Shown piece by piece: positions 39,301-51,269 of a stretch of DNA of 64,000 nucleotides; within the stretch, counting starts at the first letter, position 1, and each line of letters starts with the position of its first letter. Below the pieces are notes generated by a model. The model worked only from the letters and a program-made list of their open reading frames with translations, was not told the origin of the DNA and searched no databases. A program made the position numbers and the translations under genes. The stretch is from assembly GCA_001724265.1 (NCBI GenBank), contig MEDY01000108.1, positions 1-64,000 on the forward strand. Reading direction: 5' to 3'. This DNA comes from Rhizaria sp. SCN 62-66 (taxonomy: Eukaryota).

Positions 39301-40765
39301 AGCTGCTGCGGCTGCATGCGGCTGCATTACCGGTTGCGTGAGCTAGCATATTGTTGTGCAAGAAGACATTGCTTGTCTTCAAGTCACGGTGCAAGATCTT
39401 GCGGTTGTGAATGTGGACAACACCGAGCATTAACTGGCAGATAATATCCCAGCAAACAGTCTCCGGAAAGTAGTAGCCCGGTAAGACCGCAGCAGTGTGC
39501 CGCTCTGTGTTTGCAACCGTGTTATTAGAGCAGTTAGAGCTATTTCCGTCGATGTTGAATGTTGGCAGCCCACTTGCGCTCACGCTTGCACTGGCCGTCG
39601 CACTTTCAAGGACGTCTTTTCTGCAGCTGAGCCGCTCATCGCTTGTCTCCCGCTGCTGCTTTGTCTTGGCCGCTTGCGCCTTAGCTAGCTTCCTTCTCTC
39701 AACTTGTTGTGCAATCATTGAAGTTAAGTCGCCACCGTTACAGTACTGCATCACAATGGCTAATGCTCCCTCGACTGTAATGAAGCTGTCTAAGTAGCCC
39801 ACAACATTTGGGTGTCCCCTGATAGCGGCGGCATTTCCACCCGCTGTTGGTGTACTGTTAGTTGTGTGGAAGCTACCGGATCTCTTGTTGCTGCACGCAA
39901 CGAATGATGATACTTCGCGCAAAATCGCGATAAAGTCACTGTTCAACTCGTCTTCGTCTTCGTAACGTGCGCGCTCACTCTCAACGTAGCAAGCGTGGCT
40001 AATGGCTCCATCGGTGTTGTTGTCTATGCTATTACCATTCGCGCTTGGGTTCGGAGGAGAATTAACATGTGATGCCTTTTCAGCGCAGCGAGTCAGCATG
40101 TCTTCCTGTACTAGCGCTCCTCCGCCTTTTGTTGGCATATATGCGCCCTTCGTTTTGTACGGCACTTGGATTAGCTTTATCACGACTAATCCATCGTTGG
40201 CGTCGCCCGCAGCATCGTGACTGTGAGCACGCTGCTGCGGCGGACCGTGCTCATGCAGCGCAGCATTATTTGAGGCTGCAGAGTCCTTGGAAGACTCTGC
40301 ATCTTTCCACTTGCTCTGGTAGGGCTTGCTACTAACACCACTTAGATCAGATGTCGTTACACTTGAGTCAGAGGTACTGAGGTTTCTCTCGAGGGAGATG
40401 CCTGTGATGGTGCTGCCAGGTCCAATCAGCATACCAGAGCTGAAGCTAAGCCACTGCTGCGCTTGCTGCAGCTGCTTGTAGTGTTGCTGTTGTTGCTGTG
40501 AGTGGGAAAGCAATTGCGCAGGTGCAGCAGAATCAGCGCGAGTTGGAGTCGCTCCAGTAAAGGTTGCATGGGCCGCAATTGCAGCGATCTCTGCAGCGCT
40601 CTTATCGCTGCTCGGTGCATTCGTTGAAAACGGTGGCAGCGTTAACGGGGGTGTAATATAGTTTTGTAAAGGTGTTGGCGACTCAAGAGGGAATGGACGG
40701 CATAGAACTGCGCATCCGTACGACCCTTTGCCTATCACGCGAAGCGCCACGTAGCGGTGCAACAT
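36323..40765 (-). CDS. NEK/NIMA-family Ser/Thr kinase, a single exon of about 1480 aa if the three in-frame TAGs (38096-98, 37688-90, 36584-86) are read as sense
   Basis: IGKGSYG, VIK, HPNVVGYLDSF, IVMQYCNGGDL, HRDLKTSNVFL, IGDFGVSR, IGTPYYLSPE, SDVWALG. Four consecutive ORF-track segments share one frame and are separated only by TAG. Final stop is TAA. Confidence 0.88.
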
Positions 40766-41410
40766 TGCGACGCCCTCCTCACAACTACCTCGAGAGATGA
40801 TTATGTTTAGGTTTCAGTATTGATAGACTTGTTTGAATAGGTCTTTTAGTGGGCTGACCATGGAAGTTTGAAATAATGGAGATATAGCGTATTTTGTGAG
40901 AAATGAGTGCCACGTCGACAGTCCCCGTGAACCCGCTTACAAAATCAAATTAACGCAGCGCTAAACAGATGATCATAAAATAAGCTTGCATTTTTTAGAT
41001 GTTGGCCATTTTTTTAAATACTGATGATATTGTTTTGTTCCTAAAATCAACGTGATAGCTGATACATAGATGTAAATCGATGTTCAAGTCAGCCTCCCTG
41101 AGTGGCCAATGAGTGACTGTGGGCACTCTGACTGCCTGGCCAAGAGTCGGGAGCACTCATGATGTAGGAAATTACTTGGATTGCGTCTTCTTTTGCGGGG
41201 AATGATCTGTTGATTGCATATTTATTTATTCGGACATACCTCGCTTTCTCTCGTTGACTCAATTTCTTCCTGCACTGAAGATTGAATTCCTTGCAAGCAA
41301 GGCCGCTCCAACTCACCGACCTTGGCCCTCTCGTTCCGCTTTTTTTGCCTTCCCTCTTTCGCTCGTGCGCAAATTCTTCTTGCGGTCATATAAACTCAAA
41401 CGTTGAGCAG

Positions 41411-42625
41411 ATGCAAGTTGGGGCACAGACCCACACCTTGGAGGAGTGGCAGGCGGCCATCCAGATCACGGTCGACGCCGTGCGTTCCGGGGCGCTCGAG
41501 CTTCCCACGGGACTCGCGCGCAATACTCTCCTCACAACCTGCCGCTTGCCCGATGGCGGCGCCGCGCTGCTGCCGGGCTTTCCCGAGCTTCCGTTGGGCA
41601 CAGAGCTTATTGCGACGCAGCAGACGTTCCACTTGGTGTCGCACATCGACGCCCTGCACGAGGTTGTCAACACAGGCAACAAGGACACTGTGTGGGCCAA
41701 ATTAGCGCGCAGGGATATGCTCGAAAACCATCCCAAGGAGCTCCAATCGAACTACATTAAGCCGGTTGCTGTCAGGCTGGATTCGAAGATGTACAAGGGC
41801 GTGCTCGTGCACGGCATTCCGGGCCGCGGCAAGTCGGTCGCCCTCAACTTTGCCATTCTTCACTTCATCGCTAAGGGCGCGCCCGTCGTGGTCGAGCTGG
41901 CGGGCGACCGCGTCATCTACGTTCCTGGCGGCGGCGCGGGCGCTGTGGGCGTGTATCCGGCCAAGGGCTACCGCGGCGGCGTCCCGCGGGAAGTGATCAA
42001 CGCTGTCTACCAGCCCCAAACGGTGTACTTCTACGACCCGCAGCAGCAGCCGTCGCACTTGGTGGGCGTGCTGCAGCCCATTGCCAAGGCGACATGCACC
42101 GTGATGCCCACGATGCCGAACATGAAGCTGTATTTCTCTATCCACACGTACCGGCTCCTCAAGCTGCACCTGTACGACCTCACGTGGGCCGAGTTCGCTG
42201 CCGTCGCCGGCGTGCTCAAGCCCAACATGACGAAAGACGTCGTCGACGCGCACGTCGCTGCGTACGGGACAAACCTCCGGTGCCTGGCCGGCGAACAGCA
42301 GTGCCGAGAATTCACCGAGCAGCTTGCCGCGGCGAAAGAAGCGTTCGCGTCAGACCGGCTGTTCTCGGCCGGACTCAACACGGACGAGCTGTTCAGCGAG
42401 CGCAGTCTAATGCACCGCTTCTACGGTCTCTGTCGACCGGCCTCCATGCGCGGCGGTACTGAGGGAATGTACACAGCTCGGCCGTACTGCAACACAGAGG
42501 TCTCGCGCAAGATGCACGCGGACCTGCAGCGGACTTATCTTGCAATGTGCGCAGTGTCAAAGGGGGACGATATCGCACCCGGGGGAAAGTACACGCTGGC
42601 GACGATTCTAAGCGATAAACTTTAA
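41411..42625 (+). CDS. Crinkler/RHS-type P-loop NTPase domain protein; start uncertain
   Basis: Walker A VLVHGIPGRGKS, Walker-B-like TVYFYDP, then TVMPTMP, LYDLTWAEF and YGTNLRCL, in the order typical of CRN-type NTPases. No intron in the ORF and no low-complexity inserts. Ends TAA. Confidence 0.6.
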   Translation: MQVGAQTHTLEEWQAAIQITVDAVRSGALELPTGLARNTLLTTCRLPDGGAALLPGFPELPLGTELIATQQTFHLVSHIDALHEVVNTGNKDTVWAKLARRDMLENHPKELQSNYIKPVAVRLDSKMYKGVLVHGIPGRGKSVALNFAILHFIAKGAPVVVELAGDRVIYVPGGGAGAVGVYPAKGYRGGVPREVINAVYQPQTVYFYDPQQQPSHLVGVLQPIAKATCTVMPTMPNMKLYFSIHTYRLLKLHLYDLTWAEFAAVAGVLKPNMTKDVVDAHVAAYGTNLRCLAGEQQCREFTEQLAAAKEAFASDRLFSAGLNTDELFSERSLMHRFYGLCRPASMRGGTEGMYTARPYCNTEVSRKMHADLQRTYLAMCAVSKGDDIAPGGKYTLATILSDKL

Positions 42626-43328
42626 GCGTGGACGTAAAGTCTCTTTGATTACTGACCTCATTGGGCCAAACACACCCTTCTGGTTTGTGGTCGCCGTAAC
42701 GCATTCGCACGAGTGGTTGTGATGTCGCTCGTAACGGATGAAAATAACCCTCGCTAAGCAGGCAAACTTATGAGCAACATTAGCCTCGGGTGCTTTGTCA
42801 GGGAGCGGAGTCACAAGATCTTTCACGTAAATGGAGATTTCGCTGCGCGGCGCACGGGCTGCGGCCGGAGGTGAGCGACGCCGCGCTCGCCATGTATGCG
42901 GCGAAGCACGTACGAATCTGCGGTGATTGACCGATAGTACGAGCGCGGCGGCGCTGCTTGACTTAGAGTCTGCGTACGTCACACAACAGCAGCAGGCGCA
43001 ACAGTAGCAGGTGACTGACGTGTTTGCACCCCCAAGCGGTACACAAACTTTCTGAGTAAATGACATTGCCGCAGCAATGGGCAGTACAATATTGAAATAA
43101 GCTCAACGTTACATTTGCATATTCATTTATTCAATGGCGCATACATATCTGTTGATCTTGAGTAGAAAACCGGATGAGTACCTCAGGACTAAAAGGATTA
43201 CTAGCTCGCCGGACCAAGTCGCTCCTCCTGGTGACGTGGGCAAGACTGGGACGGATTTTGAATAGTGTGAGTCGTTTTTAGCTGATCGCTAGTTGTGATT
43301 TACCTTTTCTTCTAAGGTTTTAAGCAGC

Positions 43329-44808
43329 ATGTCCTCTCCTGGTACGTATTTAAATGACCAAGAAAAGCTTCTTTTCCCCGCCATATCCTCTCTCAAACAC
43401 CTTCGCTCTACAAGCCCGACTCTCGTCCTCTCTCGGGCCTCATTTCCGCTTTGTTCCGCACTGCTGCTCCATTTCCCCCCTCTTCAAAGACCCTGCTGCG
43501 CTTCACTACATTTCTGGTGTCGTGCACAACTACGCTTGGGGCCGTCCCGCCTCATCCTCGATCATCCCCACCCTCCTCACCAACTCACAGCCTTGGGCCT
43601 CTGCCTCTAGCTCAAGCGCGAGCTCGAGCTCTAGTTCGGGCTCCAAGAGTGGCGATGATGGGAAGGTCTACGCAGAGCTGTGGTGGGCCACGCACCCCAA
43701 CGGCCAGTCCCGCATTCTCCCGTCCTCTTTCCTCTCACACAACAACAACACCAACGCTAATACTGACGTTCACACTGACGTGAAGCCGCCTGTTGCTGCT
43801 GTTGCCGCTGAGACTGCTGCACCGATCGCCGAGGCCGACTGCCCGAAGATCCAGCAGACTCTCCTCAACGGCGCCTCTCTGCCCTACATCCTCAAGGTCC
43901 TCTCCATCGACACGGCTCTCAGCCTGCAGGCGCACCCGAACAAGCACTTAGCCGCCGCGCTGCACGCTAAGTACCCCGAGGTGTACAAGGACGGCAACCA
44001 CAAGCCTGAGCTCGTGGTCGCGCTCGCGCCCATGCAGGCCATGTGCGGCTTTAGGCCCCCCGCGGAGATCCTGCGCTTTGCGGAACACATCCCTGCGTTC
44101 CAGCAGTTCATCGGAGCTCAGGCCTTCACTGCACTCCAGACTCTCACTAAGGCAACCACTGAGCAGCAAGAGCAGCAGGAGCAGGAGCAGAAGCGTGTGT
44201 TGAAGCAGGTGTTTGAGTTTGCGATGCGCAACGAGCAGACCACGGTCACCCCCTTAGTCGACCAGCTGACTACTTACATGCGCGACGTCGTCGTCTCACA
44301 GACACAGTCCGAGACTGTGTCCGTGGCGCTAGCGCAGCTCATCCTGTCGCTGTCCACGCAATACCCGCACGACATCGGCGTCTTCGGTCCTCTGCTGCTC
44401 AACTGCATTGCTCTCGCGCCCGGACACAGCGTGTTTCTGCAGCCCGACGAGCCGCACGCGTACCTCAGCGGCGAGTGCGTCGAGATCATGGCCGCAAGCG
44501 ACAACGTGGTACGTGTGGGACTCACGCCCAAGTTCCGCGACGTCGGCACGCTCGTCGACATGCTCAGCTACGAAGTTAAGCCGCCCAGGATTCACGACGG
44601 CGCCCCTGTAAGTACTCTGGCTTTTCCCTCGTCATCATCCCTCTTAGATGCGGGCTTAGACGCGGGGTTTAAGCGTTGGTTTAAGGCGTATGCGCCCCCG
44701 TTTGAGTTCCCTGAGTTCATGGTTCTTGCTGGAAACATCCCTCCCTACGCGCAGGAAGTTAAGCCGCCGCAGGCTGCTGAGAATGAGGCTAAGCGCAGCT
44801 CCGACGCC

Positions 44809-44840
<32 letters not shown>

Positions 44841-45201
44841 TGCTAGCACGGATGATTCGAGCAAGGGCGAGGGCTTTGGAGTCATTCAGCTGCCTGTCAT
44901 GACGACACCCTCATTGCTTGTCTGTATCAAGGGCTCGGGCTCTGTCACCTTCACTCGTGACAGTGATGATAACAACAAGGCTGACGCTAACGAGAACTCT
45001 GCTGCGAGCGGAGTGTTTGAGTTGCTGCCTGGCGCGGCGCTGTTTGTTCCTGGCGGAGTGCGTGTAAGTGTCACTGCGAGTCCCTTAGACGGATTGAGCA
45101 CCTACTTAGCCTGCGAGAACATCGCGGAGGTGTCTAAGGGGGTCACTAAGTATGCCGAGGATAAGTCGAAGGAGATGTTCCCCTTTGCCGTCATTGGGTA
45201 A
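43329..45201 (+). CDS. MPI: Mannose-6-phosphate isomerase, class I. Exons 43329-43341, 43490-45201
   Basis: NYAWG, YAELWWATHP, LPYILKVLSIDTALSLQAHPNK, YKDGNHKPE, EPHAYLSGECVEIMAASDNVVRVGLTPK. Ends TAA. Confidence 0.96.
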
Positions 45202-45978
45202 GTAACTCTACAGCCTAAGTACCCCTGCTCTTTGTATGCGCAACAATCCTTGTTCATTGTTGTGTTGATCTATGGTTTGTTTTTTCTGTTGTGTTAGTTA
45301 GCTCTCTTTGTTGTCATATGATCGTTACTTATTGTGCGTATTATCGTTGTTAAGCGGTGCATAACTGCCACTACTGTTGTGTTTTTGTGTATGTTCGAGG
45401 TTTACGCATGCTGCTCCGAGACTGTCACTGACTACTGTGTGTTTGTGCTTCCTTGTTTGAGAATCTTAATATCATAATGTAAGCGTAAATGTAAGTGCAA
45501 GTGTGTCTCTTCTGAGCGGTGTAAGTAAGCCTCTGTCTGTGTGTGTTTTTTGTCTATGAGTGATTAGCATTGATGCTGCAACTTTTGTCGTGCTAAACTG
45601 TGCTTATAAGTGATATTTTGCTTCCTAGACCTTGTTTTAAGTACCGCTTAGGCTCTGTGTGTAAGTGATACTTAGACTGGATGTTTAAAGTGCGACTTAG
45701 ACGAGGAATACAGAGCAGCTTCAACTTATTCGTGCATGTATCAGCACAAAGTTTGACTAGAACACAAGACACACGATGGAGCGCGTACACAAACCAAGAC
45801 GCGTGGCCATCATACAAGACGGCACAGCACAAGCAAATATCAGTCACAGTATAAAACTTCGTTGCAGTTGCAGCGACACCCAAACTTAGCCTCATGAACA
45901 ATAACACAAATCGTGTGTCAACTCGCCTATTACCACGCTCAAACTGTTCTCTTTGTTGCTCACACACATTGTACTCAT

Positions 45979-47317
45979 ATGTTCCCTCTCACTCTTGCTT
46001 TGCTCTCCCGGATAAATGACGACTCCAGTCGGCCAAAATAGGCGACAAGCACGTGCACCTCTGCTAACACCAACTCTAAAGTCACCCCCTGCCATGTCGA
46101 CCTACCTTAGAGGCTTAACTTCGATAAAGTCAAGTCGCGCCGTCATGGTTTGGCGCGTGTCTCTGGGCTTGGCAACTCGTTTCTGATCCTCGATGTAAGT
46201 GCGAAGGAGTGTAAGTGTGTCTGCACGTGTACGGGTAAGGGACTTCGCAGTGGCTCTGACCTCAAGTGCACGTGCGAGTGTGAGTGTGGCTACGTGCCTT
46301 TGCCACGCTTGTACTCACTCGCAACACGCTCGAACAATTGCAAAAACAACAGCAACGGCACGAGCACTTCTGATGCAACAGCTGGGATCTCCTCTAGTGA
46401 CAACTCGAACCCTTTGCCATTGTTCCCCCCTCTCAGCACTGCTTACATCTCTGAACTGTGCTTAAGTGCCGGGACTGATGGCTTCATTGCCATCATGCCA
46501 GAGACTCTGCTCACAGTGAATTGCAATAGCAGCACCATCAATAACAATAATAACACCAAGAACAGCAACAGCACCAGCACCAGCACCGGCATTGCTGACA
46601 GCACTTACACTGCTTCTCCAAGCCACAGTGCTCCGATGGATCTAAGTACCCCTGCCTCGGACACTTACATCTTCCGTCTGTGCAACAACGATGGCTCTGA
46701 CGCTGAGATGTGTGGCAACGCGGTGCGCTGTGCAGCCGCCTACTTAGCTAGTTTAAGGGGATTGTCGTCGACGGCATCTTCACAGCAGCAGCAGCAGCAG
46801 TCTGCGCAAAACGCCCCCTGGCCTTGGCGGCTTGACTTTGATACCGCCGCAGGTGTCAAGCAGTGCCTCATCAAGAAGCCGCCACTGTCGTTTTTGTCGT
46901 CCTCCCATAATACGGAGACGGGGGACGTGGAGTGGGAAGTGGCTGTGGGCATGGGCAAGCCGTCTCTGTCATCGTCTCAGTACCCTCTTAGCGCAGGACC
47001 TTCTCCGGTGACATTGAGGTATTACACACCTCTTAGCCCAACACACCTCCTTACAATGCCGTCTAAGGGCGTTGATCAATGTGACCCTCAGCGCGTTCCT
47101 GTTATCGCCACTGCAGTCCTACCTCTACCTCTTACTGTCTGCCCCTTAGGCAAAGCCGGCACGCCGGTCCCTCCGCCGCCGCTGCCCCCTTATCTGTCTA
47201 AGTTCCCCTTTTCAGACGCGCCGCAGTTCGAGAGCGTAGGTATGTTCTTCAAGGCGTGTATTGTCGACACAGGTGTGCCCCACTGTGTGATCTTCTTTCC
47301 CCCCGCCTTCAAGAACC

Positions 47318-47349
<32 letters not shown>

Positions 47350-48072
47350 TTGAAGAGTGATAAAACGTATGTGAACGAAGACGGCTCGACTTCTGGTGTA
47401 AGTACCTCTAGAGGCGACCCTTACACCGATTTCCCGCCGCACTGCAACGCGTTCTATTACAATACGGACGTCAACGCCAACTGCGGTAACTCTGCTGCTG
47501 TGACACCGCTGACTTGGGATGAGGCAACAAACCCTTACATTTTTCCTGCACTGACCTCCCGTCTAAGTGCCCACCCGTATTTCCCTCGCGGCTGCAACAT
47601 CGAGTTCGCACGCCTCCAGCTTACACCTCCATCGCCAACTGTGAGCGATGGAAGGGTGTACTTAGACGTGGAGATCCAGTCCAAGGTTTGGGAACGCGGC
47701 TGTGGTGAAACGCAGGCCTGTGGCACTGGCGGCTGCGCTGTGGCCATCGCGGCGGCGCTAAACTCACTTCTTACCGCTCCAAACAACAACAACAACAACA
47801 ACAACAGCAGCAGCAGTAGTAACGACAGCATTTTAAGCACGAACGTTTTTTCTCCAGTCTATCACGTCAAGTTCCCTGGCGGCAGTATGTCCGTCAACTG
47901 GCCTCTGTCTGCGACAGCGACATTGACGCCCATCAACAGCAGCAGCAACAACAACACGGCAGACATAGAGGTGCCGACTGCGGCTGAGTTGCAGTTGGTG
48001 CCGGATATGATCAAGACAGGGCCGGCGGTGATCCACAACAGCTTGACGGTTTGGGCCGATATGCCATTTTAA
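45979..48072 (+). CDS. dapF: Diaminopimelate epimerase with large low-complexity insertions; the only upstream in-frame ATG (45979) is reached through two TAGs (46039-41, 46108-10)
   Basis: SGLGNSF, NNDGSDAEMCGNAVRC, VDTGVPHCV, FPRGCNIEF, VWERGCGETQACGTG, FPGG, TGPA. Both catalytic Cys are present. Ends TAA. Confidence 0.9.
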
Positions 48073-48438
48073 AATAACGCTACATACTTACGACAACCCT
48101 ATTTATTCACAGTAATACAACGATCCTCATATGCATATCATCGCTTTTCTTACTCCCACCACAAACGACTTTTGCTCCTACTGGGCTGAGCCCAGCAAGT
48201 CAGCAAACAAGGCACGTGAGCAGCCTTCGCGTTGCCTTCCAGAACAGGCACTTTCCGTCATGAAACCCAGATTAATTTGAGACTTCCAAATGCAACCCGC
48301 CGTGAATCTTCTAAATCGTTTATTCTATCTTCACATCAAGTTTCCATGACGACCTATGCGTCATTTCGTTTCTCTTTCTTACCAATCAAATCGTTACCAC
48401 CCTACGTCTCGCTATCTCTCCACTCTAGGCGCCCCAAG

Positions 48439-50709
48439 ATGCGATTCCTTGCCCGAATCCTTCTTCCCGCGCTTCTCTGCTCATGTTTTGCCCTTGCGCT
48501 TACCCGCAGCGCCGTCGGCTTCTCTTTCGGCGACGTCCCGCCGTCCGACGCTGAGAACATGACTGCCGAGCAGGCCCACAAGCAGGCCATGGTGCACGCC
48601 ATGGCCAACGACGCGCGCGCCGCCGTGCCGTACTTCCGCGTTGCGGCCGAGCGCGCGCCTCACGTTCCCTCGTTTCGCAACAACCTCGGCGTGGCGCTTA
48701 TGCGCAGCGGCAACTTCCCCCATGCGCTCGACGCCTTCCTCACCGTCCTCCGGTACGCCCGTTCGCCAAGCAAGACTATACCTCTGCTATGTATTCTTTG
48801 CTGAACATAAAACGTCTGCAGTATAACATAATACTTTATTATATATCTAATTTCTTAAATGTGTTCTTGTTTGTCAGAATCTTGTTCATGATATCCTCTG
48901 CTTTCTATCACCTCTACATTTTTTCTCATTTTCTCTCTCCCCTTGCCACGTATTTCGCCGTGTACGTGCCCACACAGCCTGGACCCGAACAGCGCCGACG
49001 GAAAGGACAACCTGAAGGAGCTGTACAAGCTTTGGCCGAGTATGGACGTCGACGCGACCGCCGCAGCCGTCCTGGGCGTCCCGCAGACGGTCATGACTAT
49101 CGACATCTCCGCGACAGGGCAGGTCAACATGAACAAGGCCGCCGCCAACGCCGCCAACAACGGCAATGGTGGTGGGGGTGCGCACAGTCACTTGCTCGAC
49201 ATCGAGGACGAGGCGGATGAACTCTTCAACTCCCTCACTTCCTCCTCTAACAAGAACTCCAATATCAACAATGAGAAGACGAAAGCTAGTGCAGTTGAAC
49301 TTGATGAGGATGCCTTTGGCGACGACGACGAAGAGGACGACCAGGACGAGAACGGCAACCCGCGTCAGCGCCAGCCGCGTCTAAGTACCCCCTCATCCTC
49401 AGCCGCGTCTAAGGGTGCTGCGGCGGCGGCGCCCCCAGGGCAGCGGTGCCCAGCCGACAACTCGCCGCTGCCGCTGCCCCCGCACGTGACCGTGGGCGCC
49501 ACGGGTCCCGCGAGCACCGCGCTGCCCGCCGGCGTTACCACCCACTGGCACCCGCCGGGACGCGAGAAGTTTAGCCGCCGGAACACCAACCCCCGGTCCC
49601 GGTTAACGCGGCTCACAGTCTCCGAGCTCAACCTGCCGCAGAACCGCGTCTTCCGCCTCGGCCGGCTGCCGTTCGTGCTGGTGCCCGACTCGACCGCGGA
49701 GAAGCCGTTTCTGACGCCCGCAAACAAGCGCTACGTTGAGGGGGAAGAGAGCGCCGTCGTCGGCGACCCCTTAGACGCGTCTAAATGGTACCCCTGGTCG
49801 CCGCAGGACCTCGCGCAACGGTTCCCGCACGCCATCACCGACTATTACCCCGTGAACATGGCCGTGGCGGATGTTAAGCCGTACCTAACCCCCTTACCCG
49901 TAGCCGTTCGCGAGATCCTCACTCCGTCTAAGGGTACTTACCCGCCCGAGGACTTAGACTTCCCTGGCCGGTACATGCAGTGGAACGTGCGCGAGCGCGA
50001 CTGGGAGGTACTTACCCGCGATGTAAGTGCCAACCTCCCGCAGATGTTCCGCCAGGACCGAACCTGGCTCACCCAGTGCCTCGGAGACCCGCATCACAAG
50101 GAGATCGTCTCGGCCGAGTCAAACCCCGTGGCGCCGCCGGTCAACGACGACGGATCGTCGACGTCATCGCTGATCGAGGAGTTCACCACGAAGCTGCACT
50201 GGCGCATGGTGGTTATTGGCACCGAGGGCGCGGGCATGTTCAACCACTACGACGTGCTGCCCACGGCCTCATTCCAGCTCCAGGTCCACGGCGCTAAGCG
50301 CTGGCACGTGTGTGCGCCCGACCAGCGGCCCTTCCTCTACGGCGTCGCTGGAGGGGTCGACGCCTTCTACCCGAAGTTAAGCCGTCATCCGGCTTTCGCG
50401 CACGCGCGGTGCTGGGAAGACGTGGTCCGGGCGGGCGAAATCATCTTCTACCCGAAGTCTTATTGGCACCAGACGGAGAACCAGATCACGCCCTCGGTGG
50501 CGTACTCCAGCTCGATCCTGCACACGGACTCGTACAGGGACATCCGGGATGAGCTGCGGCAGGTGTGCGCGCGGGGGAAGTTCGGGTGGAAGTTAAGCCG
50601 CGGCTTGTGTTCGAAGCTCGAGGAGTCGTGCTACCCGCTGTGGGAGAAGATGTATGGCGGGGGGAAGAAGCAGGCGGATGAGGTCGCGATGGACGATGTG
50701 CTGCAGTGA
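48439..50709 (+). CDS. Signal peptide + TPR + JmjC (cupin) 2-oxoglutarate oxygenase. Exons 48439-48752, 48978-50709
   Basis: Hydrophobic N-terminus MRFLARILLPALLCSCFALALT, TPR-like FRNNLGVALMRSGNFPHALDAF..LDPN, JmjC GAGMFNHYD..VHGAKRW..GEIIFYPKSYWHQTEN (HxD...H). Ends TGA. Confidence 0.85.
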
Positions 50710-51269
50710 GTGTAAGTGTGACGAGGCGCTACTTAGATGACATCGAATCTCATCTATGTGCGATGAGATTGGTTGAAAAGAGAGTGAACGAGGACACTGG
50801 GGCGAGGAGTACATCTGAGTATAACGTGCTCCTGCGAGCGAGATGCGCAGTGATGTAAGCATATGGCTCGTAGTCAGGCTAAGTGTGATTTATGTAAGTA
50901 TTGTAGAGGTATATGTATCGTTTATGTGTGCATTGTATAGTTGTAACAAAATTGTTTTTTAGTTAGAATCCTATCAACATCATTGGATGGAATGGTTCAC
51001 GTTGGACTTACTCGGCCAGATGCTAGGTATGATCTTGCTCTTAGGCTGTAAGGCCAGATTAGATATGATTGAGATACAAAAGGATATATATTATTGTCTG
51101 AAATACGGGTCATCAAACATGTGGACTTAAGCTTACGCTAAAGCTTAAGTCAAAGGTGACTAAAGCTTAAACTACTACAGCTGTATTTAAAGAAATGTCT
51201 TGTGTACAGAGGAATTAAAGCGTTTCATCATTCAGATTTGAAAGGCTCATCTATCATTAGATACAGGTT

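Noticed and set aside
51001-51080. U2 snRNA-like sequence on the minus strand
   Set aside because: Only a vague resemblance; the invariant GTGTAGTA branch-pairing motif is absent.
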